From an uncultured Gammaproteobacteria bacterium (lineage in GTDB: Bacteria > Patescibacteriota > Microgenomatia > Daviesbacterales > UBA10151): a stretch of DNA of 64,000 bases. Positions 9,993-19,307 of the stretch are shown here, piece after piece; positions within the stretch are counted from its first letter, which is position 1, and each line of letters begins with the position of its first letter. Made by a program: the position numbers and the translations under genes. The notes beneath the pieces are model-generated. The model was not told the origin of the DNA, did no database searches, and saw only the letters and a program-made list of their open reading frames with translations. The DNA is taken from the NCBI GenBank assembly GCA_964524895.1, contig CAZGFG010000002.1, positions 41,284 to 105,283 on the forward strand, read 5' to 3'.

Positions 9993-10024
9993 TTTTGGCT
10001 ATAGCAATTTTTTGGAATATTTAC
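9993..10024. repeat. Downstream copy of the roughly 32-bp direct repeat (TTTTGGCTATAGCAATTTTTTGGAATATTTAC)
   Basis: Seen in sequence, 13 nt after the stop of CDS 9402..9980. Pairs with 9354..9385. Confidence 0.7.
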
Positions 10025-10075
10025 TTTTTGTTTAAAAAAGTTAGGGAAAGAGCTTGATCAGGATTCTCTGCTGTT

Positions 10076-11254
10076 TTAGAGGATGTGCCAATACAGAGTA
10101 ACTATTCCATTTTCGTGGTCTATAATTACTCCCTTGCCAATTGGGGAACCTCCGGAGAAGTTAAAGCTGCACGGTGCTGAAGTAGTATAGGCAATACCTT
10201 TTTCTGCTGCCAAAATTGTACGACCAACTCCTTCATATGATTTTGGGGCAATATCTAGGCCGGTGTGGGCAGAAGGAAATCCAAATACTCCATAGACTTC
10301 TCCGTATTCCGTAGTGATAGTTGTTTCTCCCGGGTAGCCTCTTATAGGAGATCCCAATCTTCCGTTATCCAGATAGTTATGTGGATTGATCCTGTTCCCA
10401 ACAATTCTGCCTCCTTCCACTTTGGCATTTTCAAATACTTCAAAGTGAAGATGAGGACCTGTTGAGCATCCGGTACTTCCCATAGCCGCTATAGCATCCC
10501 CTTTACTGACCGGTCCTATTTTAGCTCCAACATTAGAAATAGCCTGGCTAATAGAGTTAATTTCCGCCTGAAGTTGGGCAATTAAACCTTGGTAATGTGC
10601 TTCGTCATTTTGGGTAACCCTTAAAAGTTCATCCTTATCTTTCTTCTGTTGGGTTAGTTGCACTTGGTAGTTTTCTAAATCTTTGTTTAATTTTTCCGCC
10701 TCTGTCTGTTTTATTTCCTTATCCTGTTTCTGGTCGTGGTAAGCTGCTTTGGTTGCTTGCAGTTGGTAAAGCACTTTTTTATCATTGGCTTGGGCAACTT
10801 GGATATATTTCAACCGTTCCACCATATCGGCAAACCCGTGTGAAGAAAACAGCAAGTCAATTGTCCCCATGGAGCTATATTTATAGGTTTGCACTATCCG
10901 CTTAAGCAATACTTCTGAAATACTGTCTACTGTAGATGATAGCCTGTCAATCCTGCCGGATAGATCGGTAATTTCTCTTTTTAATTTTTCAATTTTTAAA
11001 TTTGTTTCCTCAATTTTTAATTGGGTAATTTTAGTTTGTCCATCAATTATGGAAAGTTGGGACTTAAGGGTTTTTTCCTGGCTCCTGGCCCCTGATAATT
11101 TCTGCTCCAGTTTGGCAATTTCGGCTTGTTTATCCAATAGCTGTTGAGATAACTCATCTACAGACTGCGCACTGGCTTTGATGGAAAATCCTGCAAAATA
11201 AACAAACACCAAAATGGCAATACCAAGCAAGGATCGAGTAATGAGTTGTTTCAT
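10076..11254 (-). CDS. M23 family metallopeptidase with N-terminal coiled coil (EnvC-like murein hydrolase activator/peptidase)
   Basis: Signal/TM, long coiled-coil region, C-terminal M23 motifs (HTGLDIA..., GPHLHFEV). Start chosen at MKQLITRS (11254) to avoid overlap with ftsX; the track ORF extends to 11290. Confidence 0.85.
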   Translation of the reverse strand: MKQLITRSLLGIAILVFVYFAGFSIKASAQSVDELSQQLLDKQAEIAKLEQKLSGARSQEKTLKSQLSIIDGQTKITQLKIEETNLKIEKLKREITDLSGRIDRLSSTVDSISEVLLKRIVQTYKYSSMGTIDLLFSSHGFADMVERLKYIQVAQANDKKVLYQLQATKAAYHDQKQDKEIKQTEAEKLNKDLENYQVQLTQQKKDKDELLRVTQNDEAHYQGLIAQLQAEINSISQAISNVGAKIGPVSKGDAIAAMGSTGCSTGPHLHFEVFENAKVEGGRIVGNRINPHNYLDNGRLGSPIRGYPGETTITTEYGEVYGVFGFPSAHTGLDIAPKSYEGVGRTILAAEKGIAYTTSAPCSFNFSGGSPIGKGVIIDHENGIVTLYWHIL

Positions 11255-11261
11255 AACCAGT

Positions 11262-12137
11262 TTAGATTTGCAGATAGCGTCTGACTGCACCTACTGATCC
11301 CAAGCCACCGATTATTGTGGCAACAACCAAGATGGAACCCAGCAAGCCCAGCATGAAAAGAGGGTCCACAGGCAGCAATTTAACTTCACCCAAATATCCA
11401 TTTAAAAATGGGGTAAAGTACCACAACATACTATACACACTTACCCAAGCACCCAGAGCTCCTACTGCACCATAAAAAATTCCCTCCAAAATAAAAGGTG
11501 TCCGGATAAAAGAGGAAGATGCACCTAGCAGCCGCATAATCTCTATTTCATTTCTCCTCAACCTGATCTTAAAACCAATTATCATAATCGTAACAAGGGT
11601 TGCAAAAAGCAGTAAAAAGCTAACGCTTGCTCCTCCGACTATCCTGATTACTCTGGTAGCAGAGGTAAGTGTTTGTATTACATCTTCCGGTACTATAACT
11701 TCCGATACAACAGGCTCTCTTTTTAACAATTCCGCTACCGGAGCAAGGTCTTCGGGGGTTTGAGTAGAAATTTCCAAAGAAGCAGGTAAGATATTGGCAG
11801 TTACAAGTTCCAATAGAGCCGGATCATTTTTATTCCGCTCACGATAAATCTTAAGTGCCTGATCTTTGGAGACAAATCTGGTAGCGGTTACCCGTCCTTC
11901 TTGAGTTAGGGCATTTTGAATAGCGGTAATATCCTGATCCGTAGTTCCGTCCTTGAAAAAGGCTATTACTTGAGGTTTGCTCTCATAATAACGCAAGATG
12001 ATTTGTGATCCGGCTGCCAAAACCAAAAATATAGTCATAGCAAAAAAAGTTAAAAACATTATCATTGAGGCCGCAATTGCCTGGAAAGGAGTACGGCGGA
12101 TATTTCTTTTGGTAAATTTAACGTAGTTTGAGAACAT
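11262..12137 (-). CDS. ftsX: Cell division ABC transporter permease FtsX
   Basis: 291 aa. 4-TM topology with a large first extracytoplasmic loop. Immediately downstream of ftsE. Confidence 0.85.
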   Translation of the reverse strand: MFSNYVKFTKRNIRRTPFQAIAASMIMFLTFFAMTIFLVLAAGSQIILRYYESKPQVIAFFKDGTTDQDITAIQNALTQEGRVTATRFVSKDQALKIYRERNKNDPALLELVTANILPASLEISTQTPEDLAPVAELLKREPVVSEVIVPEDVIQTLTSATRVIRIVGGASVSFLLLFATLVTIMIIGFKIRLRRNEIEIMRLLGASSSFIRTPFILEGIFYGAVGALGAWVSVYSMLWYFTPFLNGYLGEVKLLPVDPLFMLGLLGSILVVATIIGGLGSVGAVRRYLQI

Positions 12138-12140
12138 GAT

Positions 12141-12824
12141 TTAGCGTATTTCGTATCTCCCTTCTTTATTATCGCTTATAAGCTTGCCCTTTTTCAAAAA
12201 GATCACCCTCTTTTTTAAGGTATTAACTATTTCCGAATTATGAGTAGCCATTATTACCGTTGTGCCCCATGAATTGATCTCATTCAAAAGCTGGATGACT
12301 CCCCAGGCTGTTTGGGGGTCCAAATCTCCCGTAGGTTCATCTGCCAGTAATATATCCGGTTTGCCGGCAATGCTTCGGGCGATAGCTGTTCTTTGGGCTT
12401 CCCCTCCGGAAAGTTGCCTCGGAAACAAGTTTCTGCGGTCCCAGATCTCCACTAATTTTAAAGTTCTCTCCACCTCTTTATTTATTTCCTCGTCTTTTTT
12501 ACCCAACACTTCCAATGCTATAGCGACATTTTCAAAAACCGTTCTATCATCCAGCAACTTAAAGTCCTGGAAAACCATTCCTACTTTACGCCGCAATAAG
12601 GGGATTTGAGAAGGTTTGAGTTTGGCCAATTCAATATCTGCTACAACCGCACGTCCGCTAGAGGGGATGATTTCACGGGTAATGACCCGAAGCAGAGTTG
12701 ACTTACCTGCACCGGAAGGTCCTACCAAAAATACAAATTCACCCTGCTTAATCTCCAAAGAGATTGAGTCCAGGGCAAGAGAATTTGGACCAAACTTTTT
12801 GCTGACTCCGTCAAACAGAACCAT
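12141..12824 (-). CDS. ftsE: Cell division ABC transporter ATP-binding protein FtsE
   Basis: Walker A GPSGAGKST, ABC signature LSGGEAQRTAIARS, Walker B ILLADEPTGDLD. Confidence 0.9.
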   Translation of the reverse strand: MVLFDGVSKKFGPNSLALDSISLEIKQGEFVFLVGPSGAGKSTLLRVITREIIPSSGRAVVADIELAKLKPSQIPLLRRKVGMVFQDFKLLDDRTVFENVAIALEVLGKKDEEINKEVERTLKLVEIWDRRNLFPRQLSGGEAQRTAIARSIAGKPDILLADEPTGDLDPQTAWGVIQLLNEINSWGTTVIMATHNSEIVNTLKKRVIFLKKGKLISDNKEGRYEIR

Positions 12825-12839
12825 CGGTATAAGAAGTTA

Positions 12840-13316
12840 TTATTGAATCTCTTCAACTTTGCCTACATCCATTAACCAACCTGCTTTAAGGGCCTTCTGC
12901 GTTTCACCAAAAACCTTTACCTTTTTTCCTTCATATTGAGAAAGATCAACTACCGAAGAGGTTAAGGCTACAGGTACAGCTCCTTCCCGCTCCAATAGAT
13001 GTGTTCCTTCGGAATACTCCCCGCCTTTAGTGGGCTTTGGGGTGGGTTTAACTACACCTTCCGCAAAATCCCGAAAAGTTCGGCTGTCTTGCTGTGCTGT
13101 TTTAGGTGCTGTCAGTCCACCGACTTTGTTATCGCTTGTACCTCCGGTGGATTTGGTTGCCAGTATATATCCGGTTGCAGCCCCCAGCACTAAGCTGACT
13201 GTAACTACCCCGATCAGGATTTTGTTTAGGTTGGATGCTCCACTGAAAGAACGGGTTAACTTGGTGGCTGAAAAACCGGAATTCGTACTAGGAGCTTGTT
13301 CCTCTTTAGGATCCAT
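12840..13316 (-). CDS. Hypothetical bitopic membrane protein
   Basis: 158 aa, one TM (ILIGVVTVSLVLGAATGYILA). Sits between prfB and ftsE. TATAAT is directly 5' of the ATG. Confidence 0.5.
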   Translation of the reverse strand: MDPKEEQAPSTNSGFSATKLTRSFSGASNLNKILIGVVTVSLVLGAATGYILATKSTGGTSDNKVGGLTAPKTAQQDSRTFRDFAEGVVKPTPKPTKGGEYSEGTHLLEREGAVPVALTSSVVDLSQYEGKKVKVFGETQKALKAGWLMDVGKVEEIQ

Positions 13317-13348
13317 AAAATTATATTAGCAATATATGAAACCTTTGT

Positions 13349-14431
13349 CTAGTATCGGATGCTTTTTAACTCTGCCTCAATGAATATATCTAAGTTGCCG
13401 TCTAGAACCGAGTCGGTATCGGAAGTTTCAGCCTGGGTACGCAAATCTTTTACCATATGGTAAGGATGCAGGACATATGAGCGGATCTGGTTACCCCAGG
13501 AAGCTTGGGTAAAGCCTCCTTTAATTGTTTTGGCTTGCTCTTTATGTTCTTCCTGTTGTTTTTCCCATAATTTGGCAACCAGAAGCTTCATGGCATTTTC
13601 TCGGTTTTGTAACTGCGACCTCTCTGTTTGTGCAGTAACAGTAATGCCGGAAGGGATATGTTTAAGCCTGACAGCTGTTGATACTTTATTAACATTCTGT
13701 CCTCCATGGCCACCAGACCTGAATGCTTCAAATTCAATATCAGAGTCATCAACCTCTACTTCTTGGGGATCTTCTATAACCGGTAAAACCTCTGTTAAGG
13801 CAAAGGAAGTTTGTCTTAGGTGGTCTGCATTAAAGGGTGATTGGCGCACTAACCGGTGGGTTCCCTTTTCGCCTTTAAGGTATCCATAGGCAAAAGGTTC
13901 ATGGATAATCATGGAAACAGTTTTAAAACCTGCCTCTTCTCCGGGATCTTCATTGGTAATTTCGAAATCCCAACCTTTTTTTTCAAAATAACGTTGGTAC
14001 ATCCTGGAAAGCATTCCTGCCCAATCCATTGCCTCTACCCCGCCGGTACCGGAATGCACGGAAAGGATGGCTTCACTTTCATCGTGAGGATTTGAAAGGA
14101 ACATCTTCATCTCCAGTTCGGATAGTTCTTTATCTATTTTGGTGACTTCTTGTTTTAAATCCTCTATCAGCTCTTCTTCTTTGGACATCTCAATGCAATC
14201 CTTGAGTCTTTGAACCATGCTTTCTATAGTCGAGAGCTGTTTTTGTTTGTGTGATAGCTTTCTGGTGAGCTTTTGGGCTTCTGGAGGATTATCCCAAAAA
14301 CCCGGTTTGGTAGTTTCCGACTCAAATTGGTTGATCTGTTCGCGCAGCTTTTCGGGGTCTTCATATTTAATTACTGCCGACAGCCTATTTTCTAAATCCG
14401 TTAGCTTTTCCCTGATTTCTTCCATGGGCAA
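13349..14431 (-). CDS. prfB: Peptide chain release factor 2, encoded as one continuous ORF
   Basis: 360 aa. GGQ motif (SGGHGGQNVNKV) and the RF2-specific SPF motif (RQSPFNADH). The N-terminal region is continuous, with no in-frame UGA or +1 shift site. Confidence 0.9.
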   Translation of the reverse strand: MPMEEIREKLTDLENRLSAVIKYEDPEKLREQINQFESETTKPGFWDNPPEAQKLTRKLSHKQKQLSTIESMVQRLKDCIEMSKEEELIEDLKQEVTKIDKELSELEMKMFLSNPHDESEAILSVHSGTGGVEAMDWAGMLSRMYQRYFEKKGWDFEITNEDPGEEAGFKTVSMIIHEPFAYGYLKGEKGTHRLVRQSPFNADHLRQTSFALTEVLPVIEDPQEVEVDDSDIEFEAFRSGGHGGQNVNKVSTAVRLKHIPSGITVTAQTERSQLQNRENAMKLLVAKLWEKQQEEHKEQAKTIKGGFTQASWGNQIRSYVLHPYHMVKDLRTQAETSDTDSVLDGNLDIFIEAELKSIRY

Positions 14432-14475
14432 ATTATATCAGTTTTAAGCGATCTTTATGCTAAAATTACTGTGAT

Positions 14476-14778
14476 ATGGTCATTGCAATAGACACAAAAG
14501 AGCGAAATTTAATAAAAGTTTGGCTGAAACAGGGGGGAAAAGTAACCGATTCCTTGGTTGAGAAAAACGAATATGGCTCCCAGGTCCTCTTGCCGCTTAT
14601 AGATAAAATACTTAAAAAAAATAACTTAAGCTATGAAGATTTAGAAAGTTTAGAGGTTGAAATTGGGCCCGGGTCATTTACCGGGCTAAAGGTTGGAACT
14701 TCTATAGCAAATGCGCTAGGTTTTGCTTTAGGGATAAAAGTTAATGGTAAAAAAATAGAGACGGATATTCACTACTAA
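14476..14778 (+). CDS. tsaB: TsaB (YeaZ)-like protein, N-terminal domain only (100 aa)
   Basis: IAIDTKE... and GPGSFTGLKVGTSIANALGFALG match the TsaB/Kae1-family N-terminal ASKHA motifs. The ORF ends at about 100 aa; the downstream ORF is unrelated. Confidence 0.6.
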   Translation: MVIAIDTKERNLIKVWLKQGGKVTDSLVEKNEYGSQVLLPLIDKILKKNNLSYEDLESLEVEIGPGSFTGLKVGTSIANALGFALGIKVNGKKIETDIHY

Positions 14779-14797
14779 TGCTATACTTGTAGCTGCA

Positions 14798-15670
14798 GTG
14801 AAACTGGCTAATTTTTTTCTTCCGCATCCTACTACTCACAAAAAAGCCCACTTAATTTCCTGGGAGGCACTGGTAATCTATATATTATTGTTTGTATTAC
14901 TCCAAGTAGGTTTTGCCATAGTTGGAAATATCAAACCCGGAGTTTTGGGGATTAACTCGTCAATAGATAAAGAAAAAATTATTGAATTGACTAATAAGGA
15001 GAGACAAGAAAATGGGTTAGAGCCTGTAAAGGAGAATACAGCTTTGGACAGGGCTGCGCAATTAAAAGCAGCAGACATGTTTGCTGAAAACTATTGGGCG
15101 CATTTTGCTCCTTCGGGTAAAACTCCGTGGGATTTTATCTTAGGGGCAGGTTATAAATTTACTTATGCAGGAGAAAATTTGGCCAAAAATTTTTATAACT
15201 CTGACGATGTTGTATCGGCTTGGATGGCGTCCCCAACCCACAAGGAAAATTTACTTAACAGCAAGTATGCCGATATAGGGATAGCTGTAGTAGATGGGGT
15301 ATTAAACGGCCAGAAAACTACCTTGGTAGTTCAAATGTTTGGTACAACCCAAAACATAGCTCCAGCTCCGATTGTACAGGTACAAGGAAAGCAGCTTAAT
15401 ATTACAAAGCAGGATTATGAATCTGCACCTCAATTGGTTGCTTCGATTCAGAGTAAAAAGATAGAGAAACCGCTACTTGATCCTTACCAAATTTCAAAAA
15501 TTTTAGGCTTGGGAGTAATTTTGATGATAGGTTCCCTATTGATTTTAGACTACATTATTTTACGGCGTAGGGGGATATTTAGGTTAGCATCTCACCACAT
15601 TGCCCATCTGGCTTTACTGACTCTTTCGGGAAGTGCTTTAATAGGATTCCATGTAGGCAGTATTTTATGA
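14798..15670 (+). CDS. CAP/SCP/PR-1 superfamily (YkwD-like) secreted domain protein with TM segments
   Basis: YWAHFAPSGKTPWDFI...GENLAKNF...AWMASPTHKENLL...IGIAV are CAP-domain motifs. N- and C-terminal hydrophobic segments. Confidence 0.7.
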   Translation: MKLANFFLPHPTTHKKAHLISWEALVIYILLFVLLQVGFAIVGNIKPGVLGINSSIDKEKIIELTNKERQENGLEPVKENTALDRAAQLKAADMFAENYWAHFAPSGKTPWDFILGAGYKFTYAGENLAKNFYNSDDVVSAWMASPTHKENLLNSKYADIGIAVVDGVLNGQKTTLVVQMFGTTQNIAPAPIVQVQGKQLNITKQDYESAPQLVASIQSKKIEKPLLDPYQISKILGLGVILMIGSLLILDYIILRRRGIFRLASHHIAHLALLTLSGSALIGFHVGSIL

Positions 15671-15689
15671 AGTTATGATAGAATACTTA

Positions 15690-15717
15690 TTGACTGCTCT
15701 ACTGGCTTTGATATTAT
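15690..15717 (+). promoter_or_regulatory. Putative sigma70-type promoter for the rml operon
   Basis: TTGACT, 16-nt spacer, TATTAT. The -10 hexamer ends 16 nt before the rmlA-like ATG at 15734. Confidence 0.4.
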
Positions 15718-15733
15718 TGATAGGTTTACAGAT

Positions 15734-16813
15734 ATGAAGGCAATCATTCCAACAGGTGGAAGGGGGACAAGAATGCAACCCCTAACGTTTTCTGCCAACA
15801 AACACTTTATTCCTGTGGCCAATAAACCCCTTATTTTCTATCCTATCGAAACTGTGGTATCGGCCGGAATTACCGACATAGGTATTACTTATAATGCCGG
15901 TTTTTTAGACCAGGTACAATCCATTTTGGGTACCGGCGAGAAATGGGGCGCTCATTTTAGTTATATTTTGCAAGAAAAACCTGCCGGGATTGCTAATATA
16001 ATAGAGGTAGCTGAAGAGTTTGTTGGGGCTGATCAGTTTTTATTGCACCTGGCTGATAATATTTTTGTAGATGGGATTGAGGAGTTAGTCAATCATTTCA
16101 CTAAAGAAAAACCTCATGGTTTGGTACCGATGGTTCACCACAAAGAAAACACCAGGTTGGGAGTACCTTATTTTGATGATAATGGAAGGCTAATAAAATA
16201 TGTAGAAAAACCTACCAATCCTCCCCATGATTTCGCCATCCCGGGACTTTACTTTTTTGATCCAATTGTTTTCCAAAGTTTTAAAGGGGAAGATAGGATT
16301 AAACCGTCCGAGCGGGGAGAATACGAGATCAGTGCTCCGTACCAGTGGTTGCTGGATCATAATTATCGTGTTGACGTATTGGAATATAAAGGTAAGTGGT
16401 TGGATCCGGGCAAATTTAATGATTGGATAGAAGCAAACCAATATCTTTTGGATAAACGTTTAGTAGAGAATGTGGAGGGGGAGATAGACGAAGTTTCTCA
16501 AATTGAAAATCGGGTAAGTATAGGTAAGGGGACTAAAATAACCAATTCGCGAATTAGGGGACCGGTGGCCATCGGTGAGAATGTTAGAATCGAAAACTCT
16601 TTCATTGGACCCTATACTTCCATAAGTGATAGATGTGAAGTTGAGGGGAGCCATATAGAAAACAGTGTTTTGATGTCGGGGGTCAGAATTATAAATATTA
16701 AGAAACCGATTGATCAAAGTCTGATTGGTCCCGGAAGTGAGATTAAGAATGATTTGGGTCCTACAGATACAATGAGTTTGTTTATAGGAGAAAAATGCCA
16801 AATACAAATTTAG
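15734..16813 (+). CDS. rmlA: Glucose-1-phosphate thymidylyltransferase-like sugar nucleotidyltransferase with C-terminal left-handed beta-helix extension
   Basis: GGRGTRMQPLTFSANKHFIPVANKPLIFYPIE is the RmlA/GlmU-type NTP-transferase signature. The C-terminal roughly 120 aa are hexapeptide-repeat-like. First gene of the rmlABCD block. Confidence 0.8.
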   Translation: MKAIIPTGGRGTRMQPLTFSANKHFIPVANKPLIFYPIETVVSAGITDIGITYNAGFLDQVQSILGTGEKWGAHFSYILQEKPAGIANIIEVAEEFVGADQFLLHLADNIFVDGIEELVNHFTKEKPHGLVPMVHHKENTRLGVPYFDDNGRLIKYVEKPTNPPHDFAIPGLYFFDPIVFQSFKGEDRIKPSERGEYEISAPYQWLLDHNYRVDVLEYKGKWLDPGKFNDWIEANQYLLDKRLVENVEGEIDEVSQIENRVSIGKGTKITNSRIRGPVAIGENVRIENSFIGPYTSISDRCEVEGSHIENSVLMSGVRIINIKKPIDQSLIGPGSEIKNDLGPTDTMSLFIGEKCQIQI

Positions 16814-16835
16814 AATTCAGAATTCATAATTAAGA

Positions 16836-17846
16836 ATGAAAAAAATATTAGTTACCGGCGGAGCCGGGTTCATCGGGTCAAATTTTATCCACTACTGGCT
16901 TAAGAATCATTCGGATGATGAGATAGTTAACCTGGATTGCTTGACTTATGCCGGGCATCTGGAAAGCCTTAAGGATGTAGAAAATAACTCTCATTACAGT
17001 TTTATCAAAGGTGATATTACCAGTGAAGAGGATGTAGAAAAGGCGATGGCAGGGGTAGATATCGTAGTCCACTTTGCTGCCCTTTCACACAATGACCGGG
17101 CCAACCTGGAACCGTTGACTGCTGTTAAAACCAATGTTTTGGGTACAGCAATATTACTAAACTCGGCTCTCAAACATAAGGTGCAAAGGTTCCACCATGT
17201 TTCAACAGATGAGGTATACGGACACTTAGGAACTGACGACCCACCTTTTACTGATAAAACTCCCTATAATCCGAGAGCGCCATATCCTGCATCAAAAGCC
17301 GGTTCGGATCATTTAGTTAGGGCTTTTTTTACAACCTATAACCTGCCCATTACTATTACCAATTGCGCCAATAATTACGGTCCTTACCATGACCCTGAAA
17401 AGCTTATTCCGAGATTTATAACTAACTTGTTGGAAGGACAAAAAGTACCGGTAATGGGAAAGGGGGAAAATATTCGGGAATGGCTGCATGTTGAGGATCA
17501 TGCCCGGGCTATTGATATTGTTTTGCAGAAAGGAAATCTGGGGGAAACTTATTTAGTTCAAGGAGAGGAAAGGACAAATATCCAGGTAACTTTAAAACTG
17601 CTGGAGATATTAGGCAAGGATGAATCTTTTATAGAATACATTCCCGATAGGTTAGGCCATGATTTTAGATATGCCAATGATGGGACTAAAATTAAACAAT
17701 TGGGATGGGAAAGGGAGCATGATTTTGAGGAGTGGTTGGAGAAAACGGTCCAGTGGTACAAGGAAAACGAGTGGTGGTGGAAACCGTTAAAGCAAAACCG
17801 CCCGGATATAGATCCGGAAGCTCAAAAAAGAATGCAACATCACTAA
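16836..17846 (+). CDS. rmlB: dTDP-glucose 4,6-dehydratase
   Basis: TGGAGFIGSNF Rossmann motif, YxxxK (YPASKAG), SDR-extended family, 336 aa. Confidence 0.9.
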   Translation: MKKILVTGGAGFIGSNFIHYWLKNHSDDEIVNLDCLTYAGHLESLKDVENNSHYSFIKGDITSEEDVEKAMAGVDIVVHFAALSHNDRANLEPLTAVKTNVLGTAILLNSALKHKVQRFHHVSTDEVYGHLGTDDPPFTDKTPYNPRAPYPASKAGSDHLVRAFFTTYNLPITITNCANNYGPYHDPEKLIPRFITNLLEGQKVPVMGKGENIREWLHVEDHARAIDIVLQKGNLGETYLVQGEERTNIQVTLKLLEILGKDESFIEYIPDRLGHDFRYANDGTKIKQLGWEREHDFEEWLEKTVQWYKENEWWWKPLKQNRPDIDPEAQKRMQHH

Positions 17847-17850
17847 ATTT

Positions 17851-18417
17851 ATGTCAAATAATCAATTTGTTAAGACTACATCAATTCCGGGACTTTTAAT
17901 TTTCGAAAGGCCTACCTTTGAAGATGAACGGGGGTTTTTCCGTGAGGTTTTTCACTTAGACGAACTGGAAGAAGCAATAGGTGGGGAATTTAAACCGGTA
18001 CAGATGAATCACTCTAAATCGTTCCCACGAGTTTTGCGGGCACTTCATGCCGAAAATTGGAATAAGCTGATATATCCCATCGGCGGAGAGATGTTTTCGG
18101 TTGTAGTTGATATCAGACCGGATTCGGAAACCTTCTTAAAGGTGGAACAATTTACATTTTCCGATAAAGATAAAAAAGCTCTATATATTCCTGCAGGGTT
18201 GGCAAATTCGATATGTGTGACAGGGACACAACCGGTGGATTATATATATTTGGTAGATAAATATTATGATGGCACGGATACCAGAGCGATTGCCTACGAT
18301 GACCCGGACTTAAATATTGATTGGCCGATAAAAGATCCGATACTCTCCGAAAGGGATAAAAATAATCCTAATTTAAAAGACCTTTTCCCGGAGAAATTCC
18401 AAAAAGATGTCAGCTAA
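17851..18417 (+). CDS. rmlC: dTDP-4-dehydrorhamnose 3,5-epimerase
   Basis: 188 aa cupin. IPGLLIFERPTFEDERGFFRE...HAE..KLIY pattern. Position between rmlB and rmlD. Confidence 0.85.
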   Translation: MSNNQFVKTTSIPGLLIFERPTFEDERGFFREVFHLDELEEAIGGEFKPVQMNHSKSFPRVLRALHAENWNKLIYPIGGEMFSVVVDIRPDSETFLKVEQFTFSDKDKKALYIPAGLANSICVTGTQPVDYIYLVDKYYDGTDTRAIAYDDPDLNIDWPIKDPILSERDKNNPNLKDLFPEKFQKDVS

Positions 18418-19297
18418 GATATTGGTTTATGGAGGTAGCGGGCTAGTTGGATCCCGTTTTGTACAGCTACTTGATAAAGAATTCCAATTAATTGCTCCTT
18501 CCCACTCCCAAGTAGATCTATTTTCCTATGATCAAGTAAGGGAGAACATAAGAGAGGTTAAGCCGGATCAAATATTGTATGCGGCAGGATTTACCAATGT
18601 TGATTTGGCGCAAGAGAAGCAGGAAGAAGCCTATGTTCTAAATAGTAAAGTTCCGCAAGTAATAGCCGATTTAACAAGCACACTAAACATCCCTCTTTAC
18701 TATCTATCGACAGACTACGTATTCGATGGAAGGAATTTTGAGCGACCTTATACTGAAGAGGATTTACCTAATCCTGTTGATTCTGTATATGCCAAGAGTA
18801 AAAGGGAGGGGGAGCAGGCAGCTTTAGCAGGAAGTAGGCGCAACGGGGTTATTCGGTTGATCATGCCTTTTTCTGCCGTATATGAAAAAAAGAGTGATAT
18901 AGCCAGAACTATTCTCAAAAAACTGCAAACTGGAGAAAAAGTTCAAGCAGTTACGGACCAAAAAATAAACCCGGTATTTGTAGATAATTTGGTATATGCA
19001 ATTGAGAAAATACTGGAGAGGGGAGCCAGCGGTATTTATCATGTCGGTGCAACTGATTTTGTCAGCCCCTATGAATTCTCAAAAAAGATTGCCCGTCATT
19101 TTGAATTGTCCGAAGATCTAATAGAAGAAATCGGATTTGGGGAATTTGCAAAAAACAGAGTTGCCAAGAGGCCACAAAACACTTGGCTGGATACCAAAAA
19201 ATTTAGGAAAGAATTTGGTGAAAATATTTTGCAAACGGTGGATGAAGAGCTTGAAAATTTCAAGAGATTGTTGACTGATGATGATAAATTTGTTTAA
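18407..19297 (+). CDS. rmlD: dTDP-4-dehydrorhamnose reductase
   Basis: 296 aa. ILVYGGSGLVGSRF N-terminal Rossmann motif. YAKSKREGE active-site YxxxK. Confidence 0.85.
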   Translation: MSAKILVYGGSGLVGSRFVQLLDKEFQLIAPSHSQVDLFSYDQVRENIREVKPDQILYAAGFTNVDLAQEKQEEAYVLNSKVPQVIADLTSTLNIPLYYLSTDYVFDGRNFERPYTEEDLPNPVDSVYAKSKREGEQAALAGSRRNGVIRLIMPFSAVYEKKSDIARTILKKLQTGEKVQAVTDQKINPVFVDNLVYAIEKILERGASGIYHVGATDFVSPYEFSKKIARHFELSEDLIEEIGFGEFAKNRVAKRPQNTWLDTKKFRKEFGENILQTVDEELENFKRLLTDDDKFV

Positions 19298-19307
19298 ACT
19301 GACAAAG

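Noticed and set aside
12262-13329. Antisense ORFs 12262..12609, 12616..12846, 12999..13193 and 13030..13329
   Set aside because: All lie antisense to or out of frame with the well-supported ftsE gene and 12840..13316. No motifs.
13530-14447. Antisense ORFs within prfB (13530..13889, 13856..14095, 14217..14447)
   Set aside because: They are on the opposite strand of a highly conserved RF2 gene, with Cys/Ser-rich nonsense translations.
16190-17761. Antisense and internal ORFs in rmlA/rmlB (16190..16441, 16460..16807, 16878..17072, 17313..17501, 17558..17761)
   Set aside because: They are on the opposite strand of strongly supported sugar-nucleotide enzymes, with no motif content.
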